Below are positions 37,844-51,754 of a stretch of DNA of 64,000 bases, piece by piece. Position 1 is the first letter of the stretch. Each line of letters opens with the position of its first letter. The notes beneath the pieces were generated by a model. It searched no databases and was not told where the DNA came from. It saw only the letters and a program-made list of their open reading frames with translations. Both the position numbers and the translations under genes were made by a program. The DNA comes from Cenococcum geophilum (taxonomy: Eukaryota). The stretch covers positions 20,584,001 through 20,648,000 of the forward strand of contig CP158635.1 in assembly GCA_050273025.1 (NCBI GenBank), in the 5' to 3' direction.

Positions 37844-40800
37844 TGTATAATTACAGCACCTGTTATACCAACCGCGTGCCTACGCGTTCGGTACACCAGG
37901 TACGCGTTTACGCATTTAGTGCACTAACCACTCGCTTACGCGTCTGGTGCACTTATAAAGCACTAATTAATTAGGGGGAGGACGCATTAGTATATAGACC
38001 ACGTAGTCTGCTTTATATAATTGATAGTTACTACTATCTAAACGAGCATATAATACTACACGTATTTCGTGCCCCTGGATACAACTTACTCGTACTATTA
38101 AGTTAGTATAAATACTGATTAGTGAGCGCGTATAGATCAGCAATTACTTAATACCTCCCCCCGAGCGATATATATGACAACGACCACCTATTTAGACTCC
38201 TAGTATAACCTGCTAGAAGGTTAGAAGTTGGGGATTACGGACTATCACCAACTCTGTATACTTATTTAAGTCTTAGTACGGTTTACTAAAAGTATAATAG
38301 ACGCGAATATAGACCTGTACGGAACCCCCTACCCTTAAACCTCAAACCCCTATCCCTACTACACCCTCTTTTAATACCTCTGACGTCTTTTTAGACCCCT
38401 TATAGAGACCCTCTACCCTTTTGCAAACCGTTACGGACTTATTAATTACCTTTACGGACCGTTACGGAGACCTCCTACCTTTCTGTAAACTACTACGGAT
38501 CTATTAAGACCCCTTACGGACACCTTTACCCTTCTACAAACTGCTACGGATATTAACTGCCTTTACGGACCACTACAAGACCTTTTCCACCCACTGCGTA
38601 CTATACTACACTATATAGTATAGCAGACCTAAAGAAGCAAGTTGATAAAGGCTAGGAAAAGTAGAGGTAGGGAGTTAACCTTACGTCTATACCTGACGTC
38701 AATAACTATATTAAATTTAAAGTTCTTAAATATAAATATTTTAAGCTTATAAATGTCGACCTATAGGAGCAATACTAGGAAGACTTCGCGGACTTTACGG
38801 AAGCTATCTTTAAAGTATACAACCCTACTACTATCCGTAACCTACGGACCCTCTTATATAACTAAGGTATATAGGTTAAAAGGAATAAACGAGTTACTAT
38901 TGTATAGTCCTTATATAACACAATATATAAGAAGGACCAAACAGAATAGACTAAAGAGGAAATCCTAGACTAGTTCCAAGAAATTAAAAAACTCTTTACT
39001 TCTTCTAAACTTAATATAATTGCTAGCCTTATACCTAACCCACTTAACCAAATTTGTTCTATAAACCTAAGTAGTTTTAGAATTAATTTTATGGGCTAAA
39101 GTATACCTAGTACTTAAGTTACGGACCGTAATACCCCTATAACCCAAATTACGGACTATAATACCCCCGCAAACTAAAATACGGACTAAATTACCCCCGT
39201 TATTTAAGTTATAGATCCATAAGCTATATATCCGTAAACTATATATCCGTAAGCCATATATCCATAAACTATAAATCTGTAAGTTATAGATCCGTAACCT
39301 ACCTAACTAAAGACCTACGGCAAGGAGCTAGCTAACCTAGCTAAGCTCTATACTAACGAATCTAAATATAGCGGCGAAAATAATAACTTTAACTTTAAAC
39401 TAACTATCTTTACGGACCTTTGCTAGAAGGCTAATATTCCTAAATAAGAGTTTAGCTAAGCCTACTCTACTATACTGCGCGGCCTAGCACTTGACCACTA
39501 CTACACTAACCTTAAAAGTAACCCCCTTAGTGTTTCTTTTAATAAGCTATGTAAAGCTATATATAACTACTTTAAAGGACCGGAATATAAGCGTAATATC
39601 CTTACCTAATGGAATGCGACCAAGCTATGGACCGTAATGGACAAGAACACTAAAAAATTAACCATAGAGTGCCTGCAAATCCTTATTAAAGACCTCCGCC
39701 ACCTATAGCATAGTCTTAATATTAAGCTTTAAACGGACGACTTCCTGTATAATAAACTTATTACGGCCTACTAGGAAGTAGAGCTTTATAAGTACGCCTA
39801 CTATAAGCCTGCAGATACCTTAACTAGCCTTATTAATAATCTACGCTCCTCTATTATAATGTACGAAGTCTTAAACCTACTAGGTAGCACTTAAGCCTTT
39901 ATTACGGATATTTAATATCTATAAACAGACTTAGACGTCTACTTTACGGACCGCCGCTACCGCTAGCAGCACCTGTACCGACTAAGTCCTACCTATAACC
40001 CCTATAGCAACCCCCGTATGAAAATACACCCCCATAAATAAACTAGCTAGAAGTGCTTTATATGCGGTAAGAAAGGATATTGGTTTATAAGGTATACCTA
40101 GGAAGAATATAATAAGTCTAGAAAGAGACTTAATAGCCGTATTAACTAGTTTATTTTGGAATACGAAGGAAAGAAAGTAGAAGAGCCCCCTAATAAGTTA
40201 ATAGAAGCCCTTATAATTGACTTTAACTTAGACGCTTAGGAATAAGAGACCTTAGAGATATTCCTAACTACTTTTAGACCTTTTACGGATAGCTAAGCCT
40301 TTAATATTACGACTATATTAGCCGACCGTTCCTTTATATACTTAATTGCGCCCAAAAACTATTCCGCAAGCACCCCTATTATGGATGTTATAAATTATAA
40401 GCAGGACCTATTTGCATATATTACTACAGAACGCTATACCCCTAAAGAATTCTACGGCGTTATGATCAATATAGGTGCCTTTAAGAAGTCTACCGTAGGT
40501 TACGGACAATACCTTGTATATAAAACCACCGTAAATAATAATATAGACATTAGTACTATGTAAACTGGGGCTGTAAACGTCTAATTCGGCATTAGCTTAA
40601 CTGCATTAATTAGATTAGTTAAAGTTAAGACCCTAATTGGCCTAGTTAACTTCTATATAGTAAAAGCGGACACCCCTTTTCTACTCTGCCTTGCGGATAT
40701 AGATAGATTATAGGTTTACTATAATAATGTTACGGATACCCTAATCGGCCCCGTAACTGCCCTAAGAAGTAAGTATATTACCCTACCAATTATACAATGA

Positions 40801-43800
40801 TTTAGACACCCGTTCCTTATATAGGGAGAAACTTTACAGACCTATATTTAGGAATCTTTTAACTATAACCCGTGCTACCTTACTAGTATGGAAATCCACT
40901 ACCTATACCGCCGTTTCGGCTACCTATTAGCTAAAAAGCTGCATAGAGTCCTTAAACGTTTTAGATATGACGACGTTAATAGGAAGGCAATTAACCACCT
41001 AACTAAATACTGCTCCTACTGCTAGAAATACGGACGTTCCCTAGGCCGATTTAAGTTCACCCTTTATAAGGATTTTAACTTTAACTACTTAGTATACGTA
41101 GACATTATGTATATTAACGGCAGCCTAGTACTATATATAATTAATAAGGTAACCCGTTATTAAGCCGCCCGTTAGTTATAAAATATATCCGTAAAGTATA
41201 CCTAGGATATCTTACGGACCTGCTAGATTAACACGTACGTTAGACCCCCGCAGTATATTACCTATAACGCCGGTAGAAACTTTATTAGTAAGGAATTCCA
41301 GTAATATGCTACGGCCATAGCTATCTCTATAAAAGCCGTTTTAGTTAAGGCGTATTAGTCTATTAGGCTTATTAAGTAAGCTTACCTAGCCTTACAGAGA
41401 GCTTACTAGATTATTACGGATAAATATAAGGACATTTAAAAGGAACTGGCTTTATAGATAGCCGTAAAAGCTATTAATGACACTGCTGGCCTGGATAGAC
41501 TAGTACTTACCCTCTTAGTTTACAGAGCCTATCTAAGGATAAGTAAATTAGATCCTTTTGCCCTGTATATTATAAAATAAGTAGCCGCAATATAGAAGGT
41601 AATAGCTAAGATAGTTAAGCTACGGGCTAAATAAACTGTTAATAACGCCCTATATTACCGCAACGGACCTAATATAACCCTAGTATACGACCTCCCGCTT
41701 AACTCTAAAGTCCTTATATAGCGTAAAAGCGGCAATTAGAATGGACCTTATTGCCTACTAGCCGTAAAAAACAAGACATGCTACGTATAACTCCCTAGCG
41801 GGCTAACTAGCTTTAGAAGTACGTCCGTAAAACCCTACTTTCGGCCTAAAGACAACTATGACGTCAAGCTAGACGAACTGGAAACACCCATTAAACTAGA
41901 TAAACTAAAAGCACCCCTGCCTACCTTAGAAGTCCCCTAGGAATTTACTAAACCCGTTAAACCTATAAAGTGTAGTTAAGGACGCCCCTAAAAGCACCCT
42001 ATAACTAAGAACCCCGTAATAAAGAATTACTTAACCTCTATAGGAATATCCGCAAGGCAATCTCCGCCTATAGATATATTAGTTTTAGTATAGGAATCCC
42101 CTTTTACGGACTTACGGCGTAAAGAGATTAATAGACTACTTAAAAAGGGTATCTTTACGGTTATAATAGAGAAAGACGTCCCGTAAGGCGTCCGTATATT
42201 TAACTTACGCTTTATTAATAAGATTAAGCACCCTAGTACTAATAAAGCCTTTAAGAAATTAAGGCTTATTATATAAGCTTATAACGATAAGGGAAAGGAC
42301 TTAGTCCTTATATAATTGCCTATAATTTAACGAGTTAGCCAACGGATTATACTTATACTTATGCCCGGCCTATAGTAAAGCAAACCTATAGCTCTTTACC
42401 TATAGGATATCTTATAAGCCTACGTATAGTCTAATACCTACCTAAGCAGAAATATCTTTATATAACTACCCCGTAAGCTTAACCTATAACTAAAAATAAT
42501 TTTATGGGTTATAAAACCTCTTTACGGAGTACTAGAAGCTAGAAACTATTAGTTTAAGATATACTACTAGTACTACGTTAGTAAACTTAAAATGGAACAG
42601 TCGACCTATAACCCCTACCTTTTATACAGCCTATCGAACGGCCTTAGTATTATTAAACTCTAAATAAACGATACCCTATTCCTAGCAGACTAAACCTTTA
42701 TAGACGCTAAAGAAACTAAACTATAAAAGGCTAAGTTCTTGGCAAATCCGTAAGAGTAGTTAACTAAGTAGAACCTAATTAAGTTTAATAAAGGCTTAAT
42801 TATATAAAAGGGCAACCTAATTAAGCTGACTTAGGAACGCCAAGCTTAAAACCTAAAGCCTATTATAGTAAAGCCTATAGACCTTACTAGTTCCCGCGAA
42901 GAGACCCGTAAGACCGTAAATATAAAGGACTAATATACTGTATAGTGTGTAAGAGGCGCCTATATTGCCACAGTCTGTTAGCCTAAATCTACCTATGATT
43001 TATTCTTTACGGCCTAGGTAATAGACCTATAAGAAGAAAATATTAAGCAGCTTAATAAGCGCATTTAGTGGCAAATTAATAATGCAGTAAGGGGACTTAC
43101 TTTTGTACTACTGGACCTAAGTTTTCTTAGCTTATTAGTATTTATGGACGCCTCCTTTACTAATACCAGGGACCTATTATCGCAAATTGGCTTTATAATC
43201 GTACTTACGGACTATAATTAGGACGTAAATATCCTATACTGGTCCTTAATTAAATGTAAATGGGTAACTTGTAGTGTACTAGCTTCTAAACTATATGCAC
43301 TAGCTTATAGCTTTAATATAGCAGCCGCAATTAAATTAATGGTCTAGAAGATTCTATAACTAGAGTAGTTACCCCTATTTTTATACACTAATTTAAAGTC
43401 CCTTTATAACTACCTAGTTAAACTAGATATAATATAAAAGAAGAGGCTTATAGTTAACCTAATGTGCTTATATTAGGCCTATAAATGACATAAAATTACA
43501 AAGGTTAAATAAATTAGTAGCGGAGACAACCTAGTAGACGCTATAACTAAGGTAAAGCTGTGTTAAGCCCTTAAAACCCTAATTAATATGAATAAGCTTA
43601 ACCTAAAAGTTATAAAATGGGTAGAACGGGACTAATAGAGTACCTATAGTACGCCTACGGCCCGTTAGAAGGCCGTACGGCTTATTATATGGCCTATTCT
43701 ACGGACTATAAGCTATTAGGTAGAAAACGGTAGAAAGCTATAATAAAACTTAGTGGACTTACGTGACCTACTAAATTCTACTATATTCTGCTAGGGTAGT

Positions 43801-44374
43801 TAAATTAACTAATTACGATTTTCTATCCCCGGGATGGAAAATCGCCATTAGCTTACTTAGCACTAGCGCCTTAGCGGCCCTTAAGATCTAACTTATAGCT
43901 TGTCTACTGCCCGTTAAAAGGCCTTATAGTTTATTTTATGGACCGTAAGTAGAACTTACGGCTAGCTTAGGGCACTGTTTAGAAGGTAGCCTAAACGGCA
44001 CCTTAGAGGAGTTCTCCTATGTATTTTCTTTTATATTTTATGGTTCTGTTAGAATAGTTATGGAGGCTATATATAGGTGGTTTTATTTTTTAAGTACCGC
44101 TAGTGTATAATTATAGCACCTGTTGTACTAACCGCGTGCCTACGCATTTGGTATACCAGGTACGCGTTTACGCGTTTAGTGCACTAACTACTTACTTACG
44201 CGTCTAGTGCACTTATAAAGTACTGACTAATTAGGGGGAGGACGTATTAGTATATAGACTACGTAGTCTGCTTTATATAATTGACAGTTACTACTATCTA
44301 AACGAGCATATAATACTATACGTATTTCGTGCCCCTGGATACAACTTACTCGTGCTATTAAGTTAGTACGAACA
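37844..44374 (+). mobile_element. Copia-like LTR retrotransposon A, full length, RIP-degraded
   Basis: 271-bp LTRs at 37844-38114 and 44104-44374 (TG..CA); ATAAT TSD on both sides. Domain order gag (CxxCGKKG(H)W), PR (GVMI(DT)GA ~40455), INT ((H)RRFG(HP)), RT, RNase H (F(T)DASF, SVLAS(E)LYAL, N(PA)DA(M)TK). Confidence 0.93.
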
Positions 44375-45431
44375 ATAATATATTAAAACCCCTTAAAATT
44401 TATATAATATAAGCCGCACCCTTTTATTTGTTAGTAAGGAAATAAGACTATAAGATCTTTACTATAATACTAAAAGATATTAAAAAAGTGTTAAAACTAA
44501 AGCAATATATTAACCCCTAACCTCTTATACCTAAAAAATATTATAATTTAATTAATACGTTTAAGAAATAATTTATAAACTAACTACCCCTATATTAAAA
44601 CGAGTATAATTTTAAAATAGAACTTAAACCTAGTATAACGCTAAAGTTTAGCCTATTATACGGTATATTACGAGAAAAGCTGCTTATAATATAATAATAC
44701 CTTAAAGAGTACTTAGAGAAAGGATTTATTTACCCTAGTTAATTACTATTTACCTCGCCTATATTATTTATTAAGAAACCTAAAGGAGGCTTAAGGTTCT
44801 ATATTAATTATTAAGCCTTAAATGCAATTATAATTTAAAACCAATATCTAATTTCTCTACTTTAAGAAACGCTTAACTACTTAATAAAAGTATAATACTT
44901 TATAAAGCTTAATATAGTTGCTACCTTTAATTAAATCTATATTTATAAAGGAGATAAAAAGTATATAGCTTTCTATATATAATAGAGATCTTTTAAATAT
45001 CTAATAATGCTATTTAGTGTAAAGAACGGTCCTAGTATGTTTTAGTAATATATTAATAATATACTTCGCGAATTCCTTAATCTATTTATTACCGTATATA
45101 TTAATAATATTTTAATCTATTTATCTTTACTTTTTAAGCATTAGAAGTATATCTAAATAGTTCTTAAACACCTATAAAACGCGGGCTTATAATGCAATAT
45201 TAAGAAATATAAGTTATATACTTAGGCCTAATTATATCCTATAATGGAATTAAAATAGACCCTAAAAAAATTACTGTAATTATAAACTAGGAAAGTCCTA
45301 GTAGTATATAAAATATTTAAGGATTTCTAAGATTTGCAAATTTTTATTATTAATTTATTAATTACTTTTTAAAAATTATTTAGCTATTAGTAAACTTAAT
45401 AAGGAAGAATATAAGATTTAAATAGACTACT

Positions 45432-48400
45432 TGTTCGTACTAACTTAATAGTATAAGTAAGTCGTATCCCGGGGCACGAAATACGTATAGTATTATATGC
45501 TCTTTGGGATGGTAGTAACTGTCAATTCTATTATAGTAGACTACGTAGTCTATATACTAACGCGCCTCCCCCCTAATTAGTTAGTATATAGGTGGTTAGT
45601 GCACGAACGTATAAATACGCGTTTGTATACTAGGTGCTATAATTATATACTAGCGGTACTTAGAAAATAAAATCACTTATATATAGCCTCCGTAATTGCC
45701 TTAATAGAACTATAAAATACGTAAGGAAATACATAGGAAATCCCTTTAAGGTGCCGTCTAGGCTGCCTTTTAAATGGTGCCCTAAGCTAGCCGTAAGTTC
45801 TACTTATGGTCCGTAAAATAAACCATATAGCCTTTTAACGGGCAGTAGATAAGCCATAAGTTAGATCTTAAGGGCCGCTAAGGCGCTAGTGCTAAGTGAG
45901 CTAATGGCGATTTTCCGTGCCTGGTATGGAAAATCGTAATTAGTTAATTTGACTACTGTGGCAAAATATAGTAGAATTTAGCAGGTTACGTAAGTCTACT
46001 AAGTTTCACTGTAGCTTTCTACCGTTTTCTATTTAATAGCTTATAGTCCGTAAAATAGGCTATATAATAAGCTGTACGGCCTTTTAACGGGCCGTAGGCG
46101 TACCGTAGGTACTTTGTTAGTCCCATTCTACCTATTTTATAACTTTTAGGTTAAGCCTATTTATATTAATTAGGGTTTTAAGGGCTTAATATAGCTTTAC
46201 CTTAGTTATAGCGTCTACTAGGTTATTTCCGCCGCTGATCTATTTAACTTTTATAATTTTATATCGTTTATAGGCCTAATATAAGTATATTAGGTTAACT
46301 ATAAGCCTCTTCTTTTATATTGTACCTAGTTTAACTAGGTAGTTATAGAGGGACTTTAAATCGGTATATAAAACTAGGGGTAACTACTTTAGTTATAGAA
46401 TCTTCTGGACCGTTAATTTAATTGCGGCTGCTATATTAAAGCTATAAGCTAGTATATATAGTTTAGAAGCTAGTATACTACGGGTTACCCGTTTATATTT
46501 AATTAAGGACTAATATAGAATATTTACGTCCTAATTATAGTCTGTAAGTACGATTATAAAGCCAATTTGTAATAATAGGTCCCTATTATTAGTAAAGGAG
46601 GCGTTTGTAAATACTAATAAGCTAAGGGAACTTAGGTCCAGTGGTATAAAAGTAAGTCCCCTTGCTGCATTATTAATTTGCCACTAAATGCGCTTATTAA
46701 GCTACTTAATATTTTCTTCTTACGGATCTACTACCTAGGCTATAAAGGATAAATTATAGGCAGATTTAGGCTGATAGACTATGGCAATATAGGCGCCTTT
46801 TATACGTTATGTAATGTATTAGTCCTTTATATTTACGGTTTTATAGGTCTTTCTATAGGAGCTAGTAAGGTCCGTAGGCTTTACTGTAATAGGCTTTAGG
46901 TTTTAAGCTTAGCATTCCTAAGTTAGCTTAATTAGATTGCCCTTTTATGTAATTAGGCCTCTATTAAACTTAATTAGATTCTGCTTAGTTAACTACTCTT
47001 ACAGCTTTGCTAAGAACTTAGCCTTTTATAGTTTAGTTTCTTTAGTATCTATAAAGGTCTAGTCTGCTAGGAATAAGGTATTATTTATTTAGAGTCCAAT
47101 AATACTAAGGCCGTTTAATAGGCTGTATAGGAGGTAGGGGTTATAGGTTAACTATTCCATTTTAAGCTTACTAACGTAATGCTAGTAGTATGTCTTAAAT
47201 TAATGGTTTCTAGCTTCTGGTACTTTGTAAAGAGGTTTTATAACCTATAAAATTATTCCTGGTTATAGGTTAAGCTTAAGGGGTGGCCGTATAAAGATGT
47301 CCCTATTTAGGTAGATATTAGACTGTATATAGGCTTATAAGATATCCCGTAAGTAAAGGGCTATAGATTTGGTTTGCTGTAGTCTAGGTATAAGTGCGAG
47401 TATAATCTATTAACTAACCCGTTAAATTATAGGCGATTATATAAGAACTAAGTCCTTTCTTTAGTCGTTATAGGCTTGTATAATAAGCCCTAATTTTTTA
47501 AAAGCTTTATTAGTATTAGGGTGCTTAATTTTATTAATAAAGCGTAAGTTAAATATACGGACGCCTTGCGGAACGTCTCTCTTCGTTATAACCGTAAAGA
47601 CGCCCTTCTTAAGTAGTCTGTTAATCTCTTTACGTTATAAGTCCGTAAAAGGGGTTTCCTGTACTAGAACTAATATATCTGTAGGTGGAGATTGCTTTGC
47701 GGATATGCCTGTGGAGGTTAGGTAATTCTCTATTATAGGGTTCTTATAGGGGCGTCCTCAGCTACGCTTTACGGTAGGTTTAGTAGGTTTAGTAGGTTTC
47801 TAGGGGACCTTTAGGATAAGTAAGGGTGCTTCTAGTTTGTTTAATTTGGCGGGTACTTTTAGTTTATCTAATTCGGCGGGTACTTCTAGTTTGTCTAGCT
47901 TAACGTTATAGGTATTTTTGGGCCAAAAGTAGGGTTTTACAGACGTGCTTCTGAAGCTAGTTGGCCTGCTAGGGAGTTGTACACAATACGTCTTATCTTC
48001 TACAGCTAGTAAACGGTAAGGTCTAGTCTAATTACCGCTCTCGCGCTATATAAGGACCTTAGAATTAAGCGGGAGGTTGTGTACTAAGGTTGTATTAGGT
48101 CCGTTACGGTAGTATAGAGCGTTATTAATAGTTTATTTAGCCCGTAATTTGACTATTTTAGCTATTGCCTTCCGTATTATAGCTGCTTATTCTATAATAG
48201 ATGGGGTAGGAGGGCCTAGGTTGCTTATCTTTAGGTAGGCTCTATAAACTAAGAGGGTAGGTACTAATCTGTTAGGGCTAGCAATGTTATTAATGGCTTT
48301 TATAGCTATCTGTAAAGCCAGTTCCTTTTAAATATCTTTATACTTATCTATAATAATCTAATAAGCTCTTTATAGAGCTAGGTAAGCTCGCTTAATAAGC

Positions 48401-51400
48401 CTAATAGACTAGTACGCCTTAACTGGAACGGCTTTTGTTAAAATAGCTATAGCTATAGCGTACTATTGGAATTCTTTGCTAATAAAGTTCCTACTAGCGT
48501 TATAGGTGATATAATTAGGGGGTTTAACGTATATGTTAATCTAGTAGGTCCGTAAAATGTCCTAAGTATATTTTATAGATATATTTTATAACTAACGGGC
48601 GGCTTAATAGTGGGTTGCCTTGTTAATTATATATAATACTAGGCTGCCGTTAATATATATAATGTTTATGTATACTAAGTGGTTAAAATTAAGGTCTTTA
48701 TAAAGGGTGAACTTAAATTAGCCTAGGGAACGTCCGTATTTCTAGCAAAAGGAGTAGTATTTAGTTAGGTGGTTAACTGCCTTTTTATTAACGTCGTTAT
48801 ATCTAGAGCGTTTAAGGACTCTATATAGCTTTTCGGCTAATAGGTGGCTAAAACGGCGGTATAGGCGGTAGATTTCCGTACTAGTAAGGTAGTACGGGTT
48901 ATAGTTAAAAGATTTCTAAATATAGGTTTATAAAGTCTCTCCCTATATAAGGAACGGGTGTCCAAATTGTTATATAATTGGTAAGGTAATATACTTACTT
49001 CCTAGGGTAGTTATAGGGCTAATTAGGGTGTCCGTAATATTATTATAGTATACCTATAACCTATCTATATCTGTAAGATAGAGTAGAAAGGGGGTGTCCG
49101 CTTTTACTATGTGGAAGTTAACTAGGCTAATTAGAGTCTTAACTTTAACTAATCTAATTAATGCGGTTAAGCTAATGCCGAATTAGACGTTTATGGCCCT
49201 AGTTTACGTAATATCAATGTCCGTATTATTATTTATAGTGGTCCTATATATAAGGTATTGTCTATAACCTATAGTAGACTTCTTAGAGGCACCTATATTA
49301 ATTATAACGCCGTAGAATTCTTTAGGGGTATAGCGTTCCGTAGTGATATATGTAAATAGGTCCTACTTATAATCTATAACATCTATAACGTCTATAACGG
49401 GTCCAACGGGTATACTTACGGGCTAGTTTTTAGGTGTAATTAAGTATATAAAGGAGCGGTCGGCTAATACGGTCGTAATATTAAAGGCTTAGCTGTCCGT
49501 AAAAGGTCTAAAAGTGGTTAGAAATATCTCTAAGGTCTCTTATTCCTAAGTATTTAAGTTAAAGTTAATTATAAGGGCTTCTATTAACTTATTAGGGGGC
49601 TCTTCTACTTTCTCTCCTTTATATTCCAAAATGAACTGGTTAATACGGCTATTAAGTCTCTTCCTAAACTTATTACATTCTTCCTAGGTATACCTTATAG
49701 ACTAATATCCTTTTTTACCGCACACGAAGCATTTCTGGCTGGTTTATCTATGGGGGTATATTTTCGTATAGGGGTTACTATAGGGGTTACGGGTAGGACT
49801 TAGTTGGTGCGGGTGCTGCTAGCGGTAGCGGCGGTCTATAAAGTAGACGTCTAAGTTTATTTACGGATATTAAATATCCGTAATAAAGGCTTAAGTGCTG
49901 CCTAGTTTAAGACTTTATATATTATAATAGAGGAGCGTAGATTATTAATAAGGCTAGCTAAGGTATCTATAGGCTTATAGTAGACGTACTTATAGGGCTC
50001 TACTTTCTAGTAGGCCGTAATAAGTTTATTATATAGGAAGTCGTCTATTCGAAGCTTAGCGTTAAGGCCGTGCTGTAGGTACCGGAGGTCTTTAATAAGA
50101 ATTTATAGGCACTCTATAGTCAATTTTTTAGTATTCTTGTTAATTACGGTCCGTAGCTTAGTCGCATTCTATTAGGTAAGAATATTACGCTTATATTCCG
50201 GTCCTTTAAAGTAGTTACGGGTGGCTTTATATAGCTTATTAAAGGGAACACCAAGAGGGTTGCTCTTAAGGTTAGTGTAGTAGTAGTTAAGTACTAGGCC
50301 GCGCAGTATAGTAGAGTAGGCTTGGCTAAACTCTTATTTAGGAATATTAGCCTTCTGGCAAAGGTCCGTAAAGATAGTTAGTTTAAAGTTAAAGTTATCG
50401 TTTTCACTACTATACTTAGATTTATTAGTGTAAAGGTTAGCTAGGTTAGCTAGCTCCTTACTATAGGTCTTCACTTAGGTAGATTGCAGATCTATAACTT
50501 ATAGATCTATAGCTTATGGATATATGGCTTACGGATATATAGTTTACGGATATATAGCTTGCGGATTTGTGACTTAAACAATAGGGGTAATTTGGTCCGT
50601 ATTTTGGGTTATAGGGGTATTATAGTCTATAGCGTGGTCCGTAACTTAAGAGTAGGGTATATTTTAGCTAGCAAGGTTAGCTCTAAAGCCGCTTAGGTCT
50701 ATAGGATAAATTTGGTTAAGTAGGTTAGGTATAAGGCTAGTAATCCTATTAAGTTTGGAAGAAGTAAAGAGTTCTTTAGTAGTTTTAACCTGGTCTAGGA
50801 TTTCCTCTTTAGTCCATTCTGTTTAGTTTTTTTTTATTATTATATTATATAAAGACTATATAACAGTAACTTATTTATCCCTTTTAACCTATACACCTTA
50901 GTTATGTAAAAGGGTTTGTAGTTTACGGATAGTAATAGGGTTATAGGCCTTAAAAATAGCTTCCGTAAAGTCCGTAAAGTCTTCCTGGTATTACTCCTAT
51001 AGGTTATTATTTATAAGCTTAAAGTGTTTGTATTTAAGGATTTTAAAACTAATATAGTCGTTAACGTCGTTTATAGACGTAACGTTGACTCCTTATCTCT
51101 ACTTCTTTTAACCTTTACTAACTTGCTTGCTAATGTCTGCCATACTATATAGTGTAGTGTAGTGTATATTAGGTAGTAGCAGCTTGTAACAGGTGGGGGA
51201 GGTTTTATAACAGTCCATAAAATCGATTAATAGGTCTATAATAGTTTATAGGAGGGTAAGGGGTTTCTATAAAAGGTCTAAAGAGGTTTAAGGTTTAAGG
51301 GGGTTAAGGATAGGGGTTCCCTATAGGTCTATATTCGCGTCTATAACTTCTAATAAACCGTACTAAGACTTAAATAAGTATATAGAGTTGGAGATAAGTC

Positions 51401-51754
51401 CGTAATCCCCGACTTCTGACCTTCTAGTAGGTCGTACTAGGAGTTTAAATGGGTGGTTACTGTCGTATATATCGCTCGGGGGGGGGGGGGGGGGGGGTGT
51501 TAAGTGATTGCTAATCTGTGCGCGCTTACTAATTAGTGTTTGTACTAACTTAATAGCATAAGTGAGTTGTATCCCGGGGCACGAAATACGTATAGTATTG
51601 TATGCTCTTTGGGATAGTGGTAACTGTCGATTCTATTGTGGTAGACTACGTGGTCTATATACTAACGCGCCTCCCCCCTAATTAGTCAGTATGTAGGTAG
51701 TTGGTGCACGAACGCGTAAATACGCGTTCGTATACTAGGTGCTGTAATTATATA
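45432..51754 (-). mobile_element. Copia-like LTR retrotransposon B (same family as A), full length, RIP-degraded
   Basis: 218-bp LTRs at 45432-45649 and 51537-51754; CTACT TSD at 45427-31 and 51755-59. The interior is a reverse-complement homolog of element A. Confidence 0.93.
51478..51497. repeat. Poly-G run (~20 nt) in the 5' leader of Copia B
   Basis: The equivalent position in element A (~38153-62) has only a short C-run. Confidence 0.9.

Noticed and set aside
39100..39300. Short tandem repeats that superficially resemble an array
   Set aside because: 15-30-bp coding repeats in Copia gag, also present in copy B. There are no unique spacers and the context is eukaryotic, so this is not CRISPR.
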